From positions 7,192,302 to 7,256,301 of the forward strand of contig MU058065.1 in assembly GCA_013265495.1 (NCBI GenBank): a stretch of 64,000 nt of DNA. Direction: 5' to 3'. The stretch comes from Vicugna vicugna. Its lineage: Eukaryota. The first letter of the stretch is position 1, and each line of letters starts with the position of its first letter. The position numbers and the translations under genes were made by a program. Of this stretch, positions 1 through 12,930 are shown in pieces. Under the pieces are notes generated by a model, which saw nothing but the letters and a program-made list of their open reading frames with translations, was not told the origin of the DNA and searched no databases.

Positions 1-117
1 GTTTGTGGGTCTGTTAGAGAGCTTATCACGGGGTCTGGTGAGTGTTGGTGTAGAGGCTGATATCCTAGCTGGACTGTGAGCTCTGGGAGGATGGGGACTA
101 TTTAGAGCACTGAAGGG

Positions 118-592
118 CAGTGCTTCTCACTGGCGAACACTTGGTCCCTCACCCCCTGAGGGGCAGGAGAGGAGAGCTAGTGGCCTCTAGTAGGCAGACT
201 TCAGAGATGCCACTGAATATCCTATGATGCCCAGGACAGTTCCCTACAAAAAGAAACAGACTCACAGACATAGAAAACAAACTTACAGTTACCAGGTGGG
301 GAAAGGGGTGGGAAGGGATAAATAGGGAGTTCAAGATTTGCAGATACTAACTACTATATATAAAATAGATAAACAACAAGTTTGTACTGTATAGCCCAGG
401 GAAATATATTCAATATCTTGTAGCAACCTATAATGAAAAAGAACATGAAAACAAATATATGTGTGTATATGTATGACTGAACTATTATGCTGTACACCAG
501 AAATTGACACAACATTATAAACTGACTATACTTTCATAAAAAAAGCACTACTGGGCCCCAAAATATCAATGGTACCACTGTTGAGGAACCTG
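118..592 (+). mobile_element. MER20 (hAT-Charlie) MITE split by an L1 insertion; MER20 parts ~118-253 and ~545-592
   Basis: Starts CAGTGCTTCTCA and ends TTGAGGAACCTG. Internal GCTAGTGGCCTCTAGTAGG...ATCCTATGATGCCCAGGACAG and GGCCCCAAAATATCAATGGTACC resemble the recalled MER20 consensus. Confidence 0.8.
254..544 (+). mobile_element. 5'-truncated L1 3' UTR fragment (cetartiodactyl type) with short poly(A)
   Basis: ACAGACTCACAGACATAGAAAACAAACTTA...GTACTGTATAGCCCAGGGAAATATATTCAATATCTTGTA...ACTGACTATACT followed by an A-tail. Possible TSD AAAAAG at 248-253 and 540-545. Confidence 0.85.
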
Positions 593-1468
593 CCATGGAG
601 GATCAATAACCTGTGGTGGAATTCCTCCAACAGCCGGCACAAGTGTGTGAAGGGTTAATGCAGTCAGGGAAGAGCATTAACCATTTCCCCCTTGTAGTGA
701 GCAGATCAGGGGTGCAGCCTTTGACAACAAACATTTTAAAGAAAGTTTCAACTACATGGTTTGTGTTCTAAGAACTTCTTCTGACTCTGTCAGCCCTCAG
801 AGAAGATGATGTTGAAGTTTCCTTCCAAATGTGGCATCCTGGAATTCAGAGACCATCAACTTTGTCATGAAAGGCAGAGATTAAGGCTAGTGGCTCTTTG
901 GATGAGAGAGCTCATTTTGGAAGACTACATCTTTACAAAGCTCTTCTTGTGCTCTCAAAGGCACTAAAGTTCTTTAAATGAGGATTTTAAAAATCTCACT
1001 TGAGAATGGATTGCAAGACAAGAGACAGACCACAAGAAGGAATTTAGGCATATTCTATCAAATCAACCATATTCTTGAGTATTTATCTTGGAAAAGACAC
1101 ATGGATGAACCATCCTTAAACAGTCAGTATATAAACTAAGAGATTTTCTGTTGCTCCTCCAAAATGTACTAGTTAGGAAGGGTAAGGCAGAGAGAATGCT
1201 CTCAGGAGGGTCTGTACAGGAGGAGCAGGAGCTGGGGTCCTGGGGAGGGAGGGATGTACAAGTGGGAGGCAAGGAAGGGAAGGAGGGCAAAAGAAGGTTG
1301 TTCAGTGGCCCGGGAAATACAAGGGGCAGGAGAATGGTGTGTGGGTGCCATAGGGAGGCTGGCCTGATGGCAGTGCAGGACGGGCTTAATGACATGGTCT
1401 GGGATGGGCTGAGTCATTTGGGGAGGGGAGTCCACAGCCATAGGAAAATGTTCCTCTATCTCTAGGAG

Positions 1469-1640
1469 AAGTGGTTCCCAAACCCAGTCACTTATCACAA
1501 TCCCTGGACCCCTTTAAAAATATTCAGATTCCATCCCTAGAGGTTCTGATTCTATGGGTTTGGGGTGAGGCCCAGGAATCTCCAGTTCACAGAAGTTCCC
1601 CAGGTGATTCGAATACTCATCCGTTTGGACATCAGTGCTC
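1469..1640. mobile_element. MER5-like hAT-Charlie MITE
   Basis: AGTGGTTCCCAAAC...GGTTCTGATTC...GGGGTGAGGCCCAGGAATCT...CCCCAGGTGATTC motifs. Confidence 0.7.
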
Positions 1641-2597
1641 CAGATTAGAAAAAACTGAGGAGGTGCTGATGGCCGAGGAGTTGCAACGGTCCCGGCAACT
1701 CAAAGAAATAGAATAGATTCGGGACCATGCTAAGTGTTGGAAAAGGTGTAAGACACAGGGGTCTCTGTCCTTAAGGGGCTTGTAAAGAGGTTCAGAAAAG
1801 ACAGTGGGTGCAAATTAAAATTGAACTGACTGTGTAAGTAATACATGAGGGCCTCCTGAGTGGTAAATAACTGATCACAGAGGTTGGGGCAGTCAGAGCC
1901 TGTCAGGGCAGGGGTGAGGTAGATGTGAGCCCTTCTGCAGGGATGGGTGTGATTTCAGGGGGGAGGGTGACTCAACTAAAAGAGGAGGAGGTGATGGGTT
2001 GAAAGTGTGGTGTATCCAGTTTGGACAAAGGCTTTGGTTTTGGAGTCAGGGAGGATGGGCACAGCTAGCAGTCTTTTGGGAAACGTAGTAGACTGTTGCC
2101 AGGTGTTGCTGGGGAACTTCTCATCCTCTCCTTGTCTCAGGGCTCTGCTGTTATCTTTCTCAAGGAGGGGACTTCTCTAGACCAGGGTGTGTGGCTGCAA
2201 CTCCCCAGAGACCTGATGGGTACATCTGTCATTGAGGGCAGTCCTTGGACAGGAGAGTTAAGGAGACCTGGAGGACACTGCTGATGTCCAGATTACAGCC
2301 ATTCTCCACCTACGGGAGTGATCGTATGTGTCCAGTCTCTACAGCCCTGCCTACAAGTCTTTCTCCCCCCCAAACCCCCCAAAACACACAAAAAACAACA
2401 AAAAAACCCCAGAACCAACCAAACAAACAAAAAACCAACCAAGGAAACAAATCAAAAACTGATTAGATGATTAGGGTCTGTAAGGATGACCTTATTAAAA
2501 AAAAAGAGCTTGCATTTATTCTATAACAGATGTACAGCAAAAGGGCTTTGGTTATATTATCTTTTTAATCTTAATACAACCTCTTGAGACAGATACA

Positions 2598-2661
2598 GTA
2601 TTTATTACTCAGGGTTCTCCAGAGGCAGAGAACCACAGGATGGCTCTCACTCTCTCTCAAC

Positions 2662-2710
<49 letters not shown>

Positions 2711-3126
2711 CATCCATCCATCCATCTCTCTATTATCTAACTATCTGAATTTATTATATAAGGAATTGGCTTATGGATTTATGGAGACTGGCAAATTCAA
2801 AATCTGCAGAGCCAATGCCCCAGTTCAAGACCCAAGGCCAGCAGGCTGGTATGGAATCAGAAAAAGTTGATGTTCCAGTTCAAAGACTATTCGGCAGGAG
2901 ACTCCTGTCTTCCTTGGAAGAGGATCAGCCTTTTGTTCTATTCAGGCCTTCAAACTGATTGGGTGAGGCCCACCTACATCATGAAGGGCATTCTGCTTTG
3001 CTCAGTCTATTGATTTAAACGTTAATTGCCTCTAAAAACACCCTCCCACAAACATCCAGAATAATGTTTGCCCAAATACATGGACCCCCCTATGGCCCAG
3101 CCAAGCTGACACAGTTAACCACCGCA
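2598..3126 (-). mobile_element. MLT2 (ERVL) solo LTR
   Basis: TATTACTCAGGGTTCTCCAGAG, AAGGAATTGGCTTATG, TTCAGGCCTTCAAACTGATTGGGTGAGGCCCAC and GGCCCAGCCAAGCTGACACA are MLT2 reverse-strand hallmarks. Confidence 0.85.
2663..2726. repeat. (TATC)n(CATC)n tetranucleotide microsatellite inside the MLT2
   Basis: Directly visible tandem repeat. Confidence 0.95.
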
Positions 3127-3449
3127 AGTACTATAAGAATGCTCACTGCCTTGCTAACTGCCTGGAGTCCCTCCAGAAAGTCGCCATTACACATTGAACT
3201 TTGTCTATGGTTCTTTGTTTCCTAGGAGCAGAAGGGAGTGTGTCTTCCATCAGCTAGTCAATCAGCAAGCCTAATTCTTTCTGATTTATCTTGCAATACT
3301 GCATCCTCACTGGACCAGGGATGGAGAGCTGGAGAAGTAAATTCTGTTGGAGCAACCTTGCTCTCCTATTCCTGAGTGCACTGGTGGGAGTATCCTGAAC
3401 AGTCAAGAGCAACAGGAAGAGTGAACTCCTGGAAGAGTGAACACAAATA

Positions 3450-4060
3450 GATTTCTGAAGGGAGCCGTGTTTCCTTAATATTTCCAGTGATGGGGAACTC
3501 ACTACTTTATGAAGTAATCCATTATGTTTTCAAGAGTACTGAAGGAAATTTCTTCTCAAACTGAAATCTGCTTTCCCTAATCCTAGGGTAACAGAATAAA
3601 TAGTCTTGTTCTTACATGAATACTTTTCAAATATTTGAAAACAGGGATCATATCCCCATGAGGCATTCTTTCTCCAGGCTAAATGTTCCCAATTCCTTCT
3701 AACATTCTTTTTGTGATCAATTTAAAGACCATTTTTTGGCTTTGTCTTCTTCTGTCTATGGTCTATGCCCTTCTTAAAAAGAAATCCCAAATGTTCTAGT
3801 TTGGTCTGACTAATGCATTCAGCAGAGTGGAACTATCACCTCCAGGGTTTCAAACGTTAGGGATCTATTGATGTCTCTAGGTTGCATTAACTTTCTTAAT
3901 AACATTTATTATTTTATATTGAGCCTGAAGTCAACTTAAATTAGGTCTCACCATGTTATGCTTCTGCACTTAATTTTTGGATTGGAAGTTTAGAATTTTA
4001 TGTTAATTCTTATTAGCATATATCTTCTTTATTTAACCCATATTTCAGTTTGATTCTGCA
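3450..4060 (-). mobile_element. Ancient L3/CR1 LINE fragment
   Basis: CCAGTGATGGGGAACTCACTAC, TTCTCCAGGCTAAATGTTCCCAATTCCTT and GCAGAGTGGAACTATCACCTCC resemble antisense CR1/L3 ORF2. Confidence 0.65.
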
Positions 4061-5032
4061 CCTAACATCTTGCTACTGATTTGAGGTTAGGGGAGAAAAT
4101 GGAGGGGCATTGAAGAGAAAGTCCTCTTGGTTGGTGCTTCTATTCTCTGCTGTTCTGCTGGTGGAGGAAGGAGAACTTCAGTGCTTTACAGCTCCCTAGG
4201 GAGTGGGGGATCATGGACTTTTTTAGAAAGTAAATTCTGCTGGAACAACCTTAGGATCCAGGCAAATATGCTGACAGTGAGTCCCTAAAATGGAAAAAGA
4301 ACACCATGCTGCATTTTTTTTTTCCATTTTCACTCGTCCCAGGGACCTGAGAACACAGATGCATCCAAGGACAGAGATCTGGGTGAGAGACCTCATGTGA
4401 AGGAGCCTATAGCTATTCACAGCTTTCATACGCACCTGTTATAATTCCTTAGGGGCTCAGTTTAACCTCTTTCAGAGCCTTGGTCCAGAAGCAATGCACT
4501 ATGTGGTCCTTGCCTTCAGGAAGAAGCCTCTGATGGTTTGGGGAAGAAGACTTTCATGTGTGAAACTACAGCAAACTGTCTAGGAATGAAGACGAATTTG
4601 TGCCAAGACCCACACAGGGGTCTGTGGAAAAGGACTGGGCGGGAGACAGATGAATCCACCAGGGAGTGTCCCAGAGGAAGCGGGAATGGAGATGAGTCTT
4701 GAAGGATTTGGAAAGGGAAGGAAAAAGGAAAGCCTTTACAGGGTAGGGGAGGGTGTGAACAAAGTAGGCAGTGGTAACAACAACTCTGTGGGGACCCAGG
4801 GAAGGAAGACAGGCCGGTTCTTCCCCAGGAAACAGAAAAACTCTCCAATGAGAAGGGCTTTGTGACAAAGACCTTTCAAAGACCTGGTCCTTGGATCTGT
4901 CCCAGTTTCATTTTTTTCTCTTACCATCAGCCCAATCCAGGCTCTCTTGCTCTTATTTCCAGTTTTTTCATCCTTCCTTAGCTGGTCTTCTTGCCTCTCT
5001 CTTCCTAAACTCTAACCCAAGATACATATTAT

Positions 5033-5034
<2 letters not shown>

Positions 5035-5094
<60 letters not shown>

Positions 5095-5098
5095 TAAT
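5035..5098. repeat. (TAA)n trinucleotide microsatellite
   Basis: Long, nearly perfect AAT run. Confidence 0.97.
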
Positions 5099-5290
5099 GG
5101 CAGCTGACAGCCAGAGTGAAATAGACATGCTAGGTTTTATATATGCTATGAGTTAAACATGTTATCATCCCCATTTTATAGACGATCAAATTGAGGTGCA
5201 CGAAGGTTAAGTAAATTGCCCAAAGACGTACAAATAGTAAGTGGCAACCCTGGGACAAGTGCAGGCTATCTGACTCCAGGTTCTGCTCTT
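5099..5290 (-). mobile_element. MIR SINE
   Basis: Core ATCATCCCCATTTTATAGACGATCAAATTGAGG...GGTTAAGTAAATTGCCCAA. Confidence 0.75.
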
Positions 5291-5367
5291 TTTGCTACGT
5301 ACCACTTCTTCATCATAGAAAATACATGGTTACAGTCTGATAGGAGAAGGAATGGAAAGAAAGGGAG

Positions 5368-5490
5368 TTTTTATTGACACCTGGTATGTTTCACCTCTTG
5401 TGCTAAGTCACTATACACATGTCATCTCAATCCTTTCCCCACCCTGAAAGACAGAGGTTATCACTCCCACTTTCCAGATGAAGGAGATGG
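5368..5490 (-). mobile_element. MIR SINE fragment
   Basis: TTTATTGACACCT...TCATCTCAATCC...CCCACTTTCCAGATGAAG. Confidence 0.55.
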
Positions 5491-6234
5491 ATGCTAAATG
5501 AAGTTATTGATTATGGGCACACAGCTGGTAGTCAGATTTAAAGGGAAGTCTGTCTTTCCCCCAGAGCCCAAGTGTTTCCATTGCAAATGTGGGCTTGATC
5601 TCAAGTGGCTGGTATAAGGCGGGTGAGAATGAGCCACATGTGAGTAGAAAGAGCCTAAGAAAACTTTCCTGACTGTGAAAAAGCACAGCACTTCAGACCA
5701 TGGGACACAGCCGGGCACAGCTGGATGACAGCATTTAGCTGCGGCCAGCGTACTGTTGATTTATGCATTCGAGAACAGAGAGTCTGGGCCGATTTTCTGT
5801 GTTTATGTGCAGAGAATCTGAGAAAGTAGCAGGCCCTGTGAGCACTAGCTACTGGCTTCTCAGAGAGCATCTATCCCCTTGGGACGGGACAGCAAAGGGC
5901 CGTCTGCTCGCCATGCACTCTTTAGCCTGAGCCACCACCTAGGTGAGAAATGCCACCTGTAGGGTCATCTCTGGATGACCAAGGAGGGCAGAAACCCAAT
6001 TTCAATGATTTTGGAATATCTGGAAAATCTGGATGCTCTGTTCCCTTGTCTGCTTCTCTTCAGAATGGAATGGGAGTAGGTGGGGAAAGGAGAGAGAGAC
6101 AGACAGACGGACAGACAGACAGATGTTTCTCATTGGGACCCATAGCTTCCCAGGTTCTAGAGCAGTATTTCTCCAGCTTTCCTGTGTGTTAGAATCACTC
6201 AGAGGTGACTGCTGAAACTGAGATGTTAAATGAG

Positions 6235-6380
6235 ATTGTTCAAGCTGAATCTTGTTGAAATGGGGGCTGTGGGACGCCCTCCCTGAGTTTTGGAATCACT
6301 CGGGCTTGGGCAGGGCCCACGCACTTGCATTTCTAACAAGTCCTCGGGTGGTGCTGATGCTGCGGGTTCAGGGACCACAT
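6235..6380. mobile_element. MER5A-like MITE
   Basis: GGGCAGGGCCC...TTGCATTTCTAACAAGTCCTCGGGTGGTGCTGATGCTGC...GGGACCACA. Confidence 0.7.
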
Positions 6381-6451
6381 GTGACCTCGTCAGGATGGAC
6401 AGCCCCCTTCTCTCTTTTTAAAATCTCCCTACATGCATTAAACATACCGGG

Positions 6452-6868
6452 TGCCTCCGTCAGGGTCCTGGCAAGAAACAGCATTCATCTTGGGTGGTTC
6501 AAACAAGAATCTGATGAAGGGGCTGCTTACAGAAGTGCAGATAGGATGTTAAAGAGGCACACAAGGGAAGCTGAGGGACCTGGAGACCACCTAGGGCTGC
6601 AGAAACAAGGGAAGGGACAGGCAATGTTTACAGGACTTGGTGAGGGCTGTCTGGGTGAGCCGGCTCTGGGGAGGAATGTGCCAGAAAGCAGTACGAGAAG
6701 AGACCTCTGTCCTCCACTCTCCAGTCGCCCCCTGGAGTGCCCCAGTGGCTGAATCCAGCTGGGTGCCAGAAAGCCATGGGTGAAGTCACTTCCATGGGTC
6801 CCAGGGCACAGAACAGAGCAGAGAGTGGATGTGGGGTGAGTGGAATGCAAATGGAGAATGACCAACAC
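6452..6868 (-). mobile_element. LTR16-like ERVL LTR
   Basis: GTCAGGGTCCTGGCAAGAAACAG at the left end and GAGAGTGGATGTGG...GGAGAATGACCAACACA at the right end. It resembles the reverse complement of the element at 59104-59566. Confidence 0.6.
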
Positions 6869-9800
6869 AGCGGGCAAGATCCCGTTCCTCTCCCTCACGA
6901 TGCCCCATCTCTTGTCTACCTTAGCTTCTTCCAGGAGCTTACTAGCTGCCAGCTGGCCCAAAAGATCAGAGGAGCAGCATAAGCCTGTGGTGATCCTCAG
7001 CCCCTACTCAGGAAACTGGGACCCTGGACTCTGTATCCACGGTGTGTGGAGACACTGGAAGTCTCAGTGAGGCTGTAAGCGGAGCTGTGTCTCCCTCCCA
7101 GTGCTCACCCTCCCCCAGTCTCAGACAGGATGGCAGTACGTCCACTGGCCTGCTGTGGCTTGCACAAGGTCAGGGCAGATTGGGAAAAGGCTCACAGCTT
7201 CTGTAGCAGCCTTCACGGGGCTCTGATAGGAGAGATCGCAGAGGCTGTGGGATAGCGTGGGATGTTTGGTGAGGGAGGGGACAGAGACAGAGTTTCAAGT
7301 TATTTCCCAACTAAACCATAAGGAACACACAGTGCTTGGCACTGGCTCAGAAAGACGTCCCTTTCCACCTATGGGACAATGAAGATGACATCTCCTAATC
7401 CTTAGGAAAGAAAACAGAGAGAGGGGAAAACAAGAGGAAGAGGAGAGCTATTGACATGTGAGAACTGCCAGGTCAAGGCCATGTTGCTGCTGGCCCAGTC
7501 CGGCGTGACTTTGTCTCAATTTACCTTTCTGTGGCTGTCAGGAGACTTCCCTGAGCCACACAGCAAGGTCTCTGTGCCAGATAACCCCTCCGTGGTAAGA
7601 TAATCTGTGAACATGTTTAGGGAAACTATGGGCTGGCCGGCCGTTTTATAACCTGACATGGAAGCCAGTGGGTGGCAGAGAAGCCTGGAGGCTCTCATAC
7701 CTGCTGGACAGGGAGGATTGGCCTTCTCTGGGGCAGGGAGGGGACCCTTGGGTGTCAGACTCCAGGAGGACTCCCTAGGCAAAGAGTGGGCTGGTGAAGT
7801 GGTCTAGTCCTTCCCCAGGTGAGTTAGAAGAGTCTCTTCTCAGCTAAGCTTCTAGTTCCTTTTCTTCTTGAGATAAAAACAAAACAAAAGAAACAGAAGC
7901 CAGAGTCTGTCAAGGTCTCCTGAGGCTTGGAACAGGGGCTGCTTAAGAATCAGGGTCAGAAAGCTCCAGATGGAGACAAAGAAGTGGGTTCCTTGCAGTT
8001 TGGTGAATTCCCCTCTGTGGTTCTTCATTTTCTGAGGCCCTGTATTGAGACCTTGATCCCCCCATCTTACTCCAGGAACCCTAACTCAATCCTTGAATTC
8101 ACCCCTCGGCCATTTTGAGCCCTGTCCCCCCGGTACACGGAGTCTTTGCACTGTCCCCTTTGTCTCAGATGACAAAGGAACAGTTGGGTTGGTGTATTTG
8201 GAAGGAAACAGAAATCATCGTTGGCTGGGTCCTGTGGAAGAGGAGATGCTGGTGTGGCAGGAAACCTGGCAGCATGAGGCGGAGGCAGGGGTAGACCTCT
8301 TTCCTGGATTGGGGTGAGTGCTTGGCCTTCCTCTGTAACAGCCACTTCTCCACGGCATCCCTGAACTGGAGGAAAACCTAAATGCATCTGGGACATCAGG
8401 GGGAGGTGCTGGATGGCAGTTCAGGGAACCTGGGGTTCAGTCCACCTCTGTCACGGTCTAATTTGGAGGAGACTTTCCCTCCCTGGGTTGCTAACTTCCC
8501 AGAGGGGTGTCTGGCTAGATGAACTTGGAGATCCCGTCTACCCTTGAGAGTCTGTGATTCCACAAGCCTCCAAAGTGTGTCTTGTATTCAGAGATCTCTC
8601 TAGGAGTCACAGTTGTGTTTTAAAGAGGAAAACAGAGATTTGAGCAAATACTACATTTGGAGGATACATCTTCCTGACATCACTTTGGTAATTACAGAAG
8701 CTGGGTCCAGGACATGGCACACTGTGATCTCCAGAGAAGCTGGACTATTAGTGAGTTGGGGACCTTTCCTGGCCCTTGAGCCATGTCTGCTGTGGCTAAC
8801 ATTTCTCTCCAGGCACCCCATCTTCTCCTGGAGCTTCCACACCCATAGTCTCCTGCATGGGTCTGGCTCAGAGTCAGGGGTCACCTCTAGCCTTTCAAGT
8901 TGGCTACAGGATGCTGGCTTTTCTTCTCTCTCAGATCTAGGTCTGGTACTCAAATCAGTAGCAGGGCTAAAGGAATATGGGAGATGTGGGAGTGGGTCAG
9001 GTTTGGTAGCAGAGACTCAGAGCTGATGGAAGGACCACGAAGGCCCTGTCCTGGGGTCTCACAGATCCAGGGCCCAACCTCTGTGACCCAGGGCTCCTCA
9101 TTTCATTTCCCCAGCCTCAGTTTCCTCATCTGAGAAATGTGTATCCCCTCAAGATGATAAACTTACACTCACCTTTTAGGGGAGCCAGCAAATGAGATGA
9201 AAACATTTATGCAAAGCATTTATCTCATGGCCTAGCTCAAGTGAGATTCTCAATTTATGAGTTTCCTTTCCTTTTAAATTTCTTTTTAAATTTTTGGGAG
9301 ACAGTGAGAGGAGACAGAGCCATTCCGAAGAAAAGAAGGCCAAAGCATGATTTGGAAGTGGCTGTGATGCATACAGGAAGGTGACTCCTAGGTGTGCACA
9401 TTATTGCCCTTCAAAAAAGAGATTGGCTATGTCCACCACAGAAAGAAAGTAAATTTGAGTGACCACACACATACGGAGCCCAGGGAATGGGAGGCTGGTG
9501 GCAAAGATGACATTTTCTAAGGAGCTGTCTTTCAGTTGGTCAACTGTCAGTCTCAGATGGTCATCTAGGAGTTTCCTCTCATTCCTGACTCTTTGCTGCT
9601 TCTCTTACCCGCTTCTCTCTTCTCTCTGACTCTGTTCCCACCCCTCTTGGCTGCTTTGAGCCTGGGGAGCCCTCTGATCCTTTGTAGATGCGGGCTCTGC
9701 TGGCTCAGAGTGGAGCACTGACCACACACAGACCTTTCCCTCGCTAATCCTGGTGCAGAGAATTATGTCAGAGAGTTAGAATGCCAAAGAAGTCTTCCCA

Positions 9801-10963
9801 GACCTTCCTCCAGGCAAGTCAGGAGGGAGAGTTAAGGGAGTGGGGGGCCTACTGATCATGTTCTGTATATGGAAGGATGCCTCAATAGCCTTTTATGTCC
9901 ATAGACTCACATGATTAAGCAGCTGGAGAGATGGAGGCTTGACACCAAGCTTATTCTAATAATGAGAGGAAAAGCCCTAGATCAGGTGAGCAACAAAATT
10001 TCATCCTCCCTCCAACCCAATGCATCTTCCAAAATCAAAAGAGGAGACTTCTTTTTAAGAGAATGACCTTCCAGGATTTGGGGGGATGGGGGCGAGAAGG
10101 CCTCAAGGCATTTTTTCCTTTAAGTTTCCATATATCAGTTCGGATAGGGCTGGGTGTAGTGGGAGCCCAGTGAGAGGGCTGCCAGAGCACTCAGGTGGGG
10201 ATTTAGTCCCCTCTGAGCCCCGTCCTCACGCTTCCCAAGCCCCTGTGTTCCTGGCCCTCTGCACACTTGGGCCCAGACCCAGATTCGCAGCATGGGTCCT
10301 CCCTCACCCGTGTTCTGCAAAGACCCACCTTTATTCTGGTGCCCACTTCCAGCTTTCTCTGAGAACAAAGAGGAAGTCCAGTTACAAATGTCCTCTTGCA
10401 AAGTAATTAAGCTCACAGCATGGGGGCCCGTGCTCCTCAGGGTTGGTCAGCGGGGAAGGGTTGGCGTCCATAATAGGTCTGCCAGGAGGGACCTGCCAGT
10501 TCTCACACCCTTTCATCCCCTAAATGGAGGTGGGGCTCCCGCACGTGGCTGTCCAAGTGGTGACACTGTGGGCCCAGGGGCCTCGGGATGTGTCCTAGGC
10601 CATGCTGGCACCGAGCACGGAGCCACAATCTCCTGGCTACGTTGGTCACTGAGCTGCTGCAGGCTTGGCCACAGTGGCCATGGAGGATGCTTAAGGAAGG
10701 GTTTGTTCACTCAGAACCTGTGAATCGGCTCTTAAAAGAGAAGGCTGATTTGCCAAGGGCAAGTGTTGGGGGATGAAGAATAGAGAGGAGTTTGCTCATC
10801 TTTATGTCATGGCCAGGGGCCAGAAGTTCTTTCTTTGCTAAAGGAAGTGGCGAGACTGCAGTAAAAAGAGTTTAAGTTACAAGTGAGCACTAGGATGTTT
10901 CAACACCAGGAGCAAACACAGAGGAATGGGGTTTCTGTGGGTAGTCTTCAGAAAGGAGTAGGA

Positions 10964-11030
10964 GATATATATCTATATATATATCTATATATATATATCT
11001 ATATATATATAGATATATATATTTACATAT
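10964..11030. repeat. Interrupted (TA)n microsatellite
   Basis: Directly visible. Confidence 0.95.
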
Positions 11031-11219
11031 GTTTGAGAATCCTAGCTGGAGCCAGGGAAATGAACTCCCTGGCTATGCACGATACTTACCAGAAGTGACA
11101 GATCTGAGGTGGCCTAGGGTGCAGGACCATGGCGTCTTCTAGAATCTCTGATGCATTCGGAGTATTTCAGAGACGTTTTCTCCAGAGGGCACAAATAGAT
11201 CCCACAGAGAGCTTATCAG

Positions 11220-11430
11220 GAGGAAGGCTTTTGTTGACTATAAGGAAAAACATTTTAACAAACAAGGCTATCTAATAGCGGTAGGGACTCTTTTATTAAG
11301 GCAGTAAACTTCTGATTGCAAGTATTTAAAGCAAAGATTCAAATCTGGAATCCTTTGGAGGGATTCCCTGCACTGGAAGGAAGGAATTGATGCCTATTCA
11401 GGCTCCCTTAAGTGCTAGGATACTGTTTCT
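11220..11430 (+). mobile_element. L3/CR1 3'-end-like fragment
   Basis: ATAAGGAAAAACATTTTAACA...GGATTCCCTGCACTGGAAGG; highly diverged. Confidence 0.4.
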
Positions 11431-11514
11431 TATTCTTTTTGTCTCTAAACGTTAACAGACTTAGAGCTGTAATTCCTTTGGGTGGAAAGATTGCTCCATC
11501 AGGCCAGGGTTTGT

Positions 11515-11880
11515 TAATTAATTTATTTACTCGTCCTTTGAATACCTGCTATGTACCAGGCCTGGAAACACAAAGATGAAAAAGACATAGCGACTCTGTA
11601 TTTGGGGATTGTGTAGTACATTGGGAAGGCAGACATGGAAAGAGATCGATTACAACTTAGCATGGCCAGGGCTGAACAGAAGCATCAAGTAAGAGCTGTG
11701 CATGCCCAGAGGAGGGGAGGAAAAGCAGCTCTTCCCGGGGGATAGGGGAAGAGGCAATTTTTAGCTGGCAGCTTGCTCTCAATCCGACTCCATTTCAATC
11801 CAGTCCAGATTGATTTACTGAGTGTCTGCCGTGCCCAAGGCAAAGAGAATGGACACAAACATGCATTCTCTAAAGGGCTC
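11515..11880 (-). mobile_element. L2 fragments
   Basis: TTTGAATACCTGCTATGTACCAGGC and TTTACTGAGTGTCTGCCGTGCC match the antisense L2 3' end. Confidence 0.55.
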
Positions 11881-12534
11881 CTCCTAGGTAAGTTCATCTT
11901 TGTGCCCTCAGAGTTGTGTGCCTAGGGATGGAGGATATGCAGGTGAGCAAAGCCTGGTCTTTAAAGAGTTTCCAGGCTCCCAGCAGCCCCTCTTTCCAGG
12001 ATGTGTGTCCCTGGTTCTGGTGTAGAAGTTGGATCAGAGATAGTGGGTGAACAGGGTGGCCACTTGGCAGGGGCGTCAGAGGGGAGCAGGAGGAGATTCG
12101 TTTCTGTGGTTCACTGTCTTTTCTTGGGGTGAAGGTGATGGGTGATATGTGGCTGTCCAAACTATGACATCATGGACACAGGGGTCAAAACCTGCTCTGC
12201 TGGGTCCTTATAGCTCCACCTGGAGCCCTGGGTGAGGACTGTTGAATGCCAGCAGGAGGCAGGGACATGCTTTATGGTCTGCTTCTCGTCTGGGTGTGTG
12301 GCCAGAGGCAGGGAGGACAAGGCTGCTGGGCAGAGGAAGAAGACAAAGGTGGTCTTTTGCTCACTCTGTGTTATTGGTGTCATTGAGATGACCATGGAGG
12401 CAGCTTCAGGAGAGTGCTGGTGTGTCAGTCAGGGCCCCATCAGGGGACAAAACAACCGGTGTGGTTTCTAACAGAGGTGAGTTAACCCAAAGAGTTGTTA
12501 GGCTCGGAGACATCAGACGAAGAAAGTTGGCCAA

Positions 12535-12930
12535 AGAAGTCAAGTTGGCTTCTGAATAAATGTAATACCAGCAGCTGAAACAAACACAAACTAAGAAAAG
12601 GTATGGTAGCTTAAATAGAACGTAATTTTTTTCTAGTTCTTATAAGCCCGGTATGGATGTTACTGATCATTGGGTGACTCCCTTCTAGGCAATGAGTCAG
12701 GGACCCAAGTGCCTTCCGTCTAGGGCTCTGTCACTTCAGCACATGGCTTCTGGGTTTGCGTGCTCCTCCGTATCAAGCCAGCAAAAGAAGAAAGACCAAG
12801 TGCCCATGATCCATTGGCTGGGACTTGGGTGGATACATCTAACTGAAAGCAAGTCTGGGGAATACGGTCCAGTTGTGTGCCCAGGACGAGGAGAAAAAGA
12901 GGAAATAAAGAGCCAGTTTCAGGCACACGT
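12535..12930. mobile_element. Old MLT1 (MaLR) LTR
   Basis: GGTAGCTTAAATAG, CAGGGACCCAAG and CCATTGGC...AAGCAAGTCTGGGGAAT motifs. Confidence 0.5.

Noticed and set aside
295..320. G-quadruplex motif GGGGAAAGGGGTGGGAAGGG
   Set aside because: It is the standard G-rich tract of L1 3' UTRs and is not locus-specific.
2640..2870. ORF with LSIY repeats
   Set aside because: It is the translation of the (TATC)n microsatellite within an MLT2 LTR.
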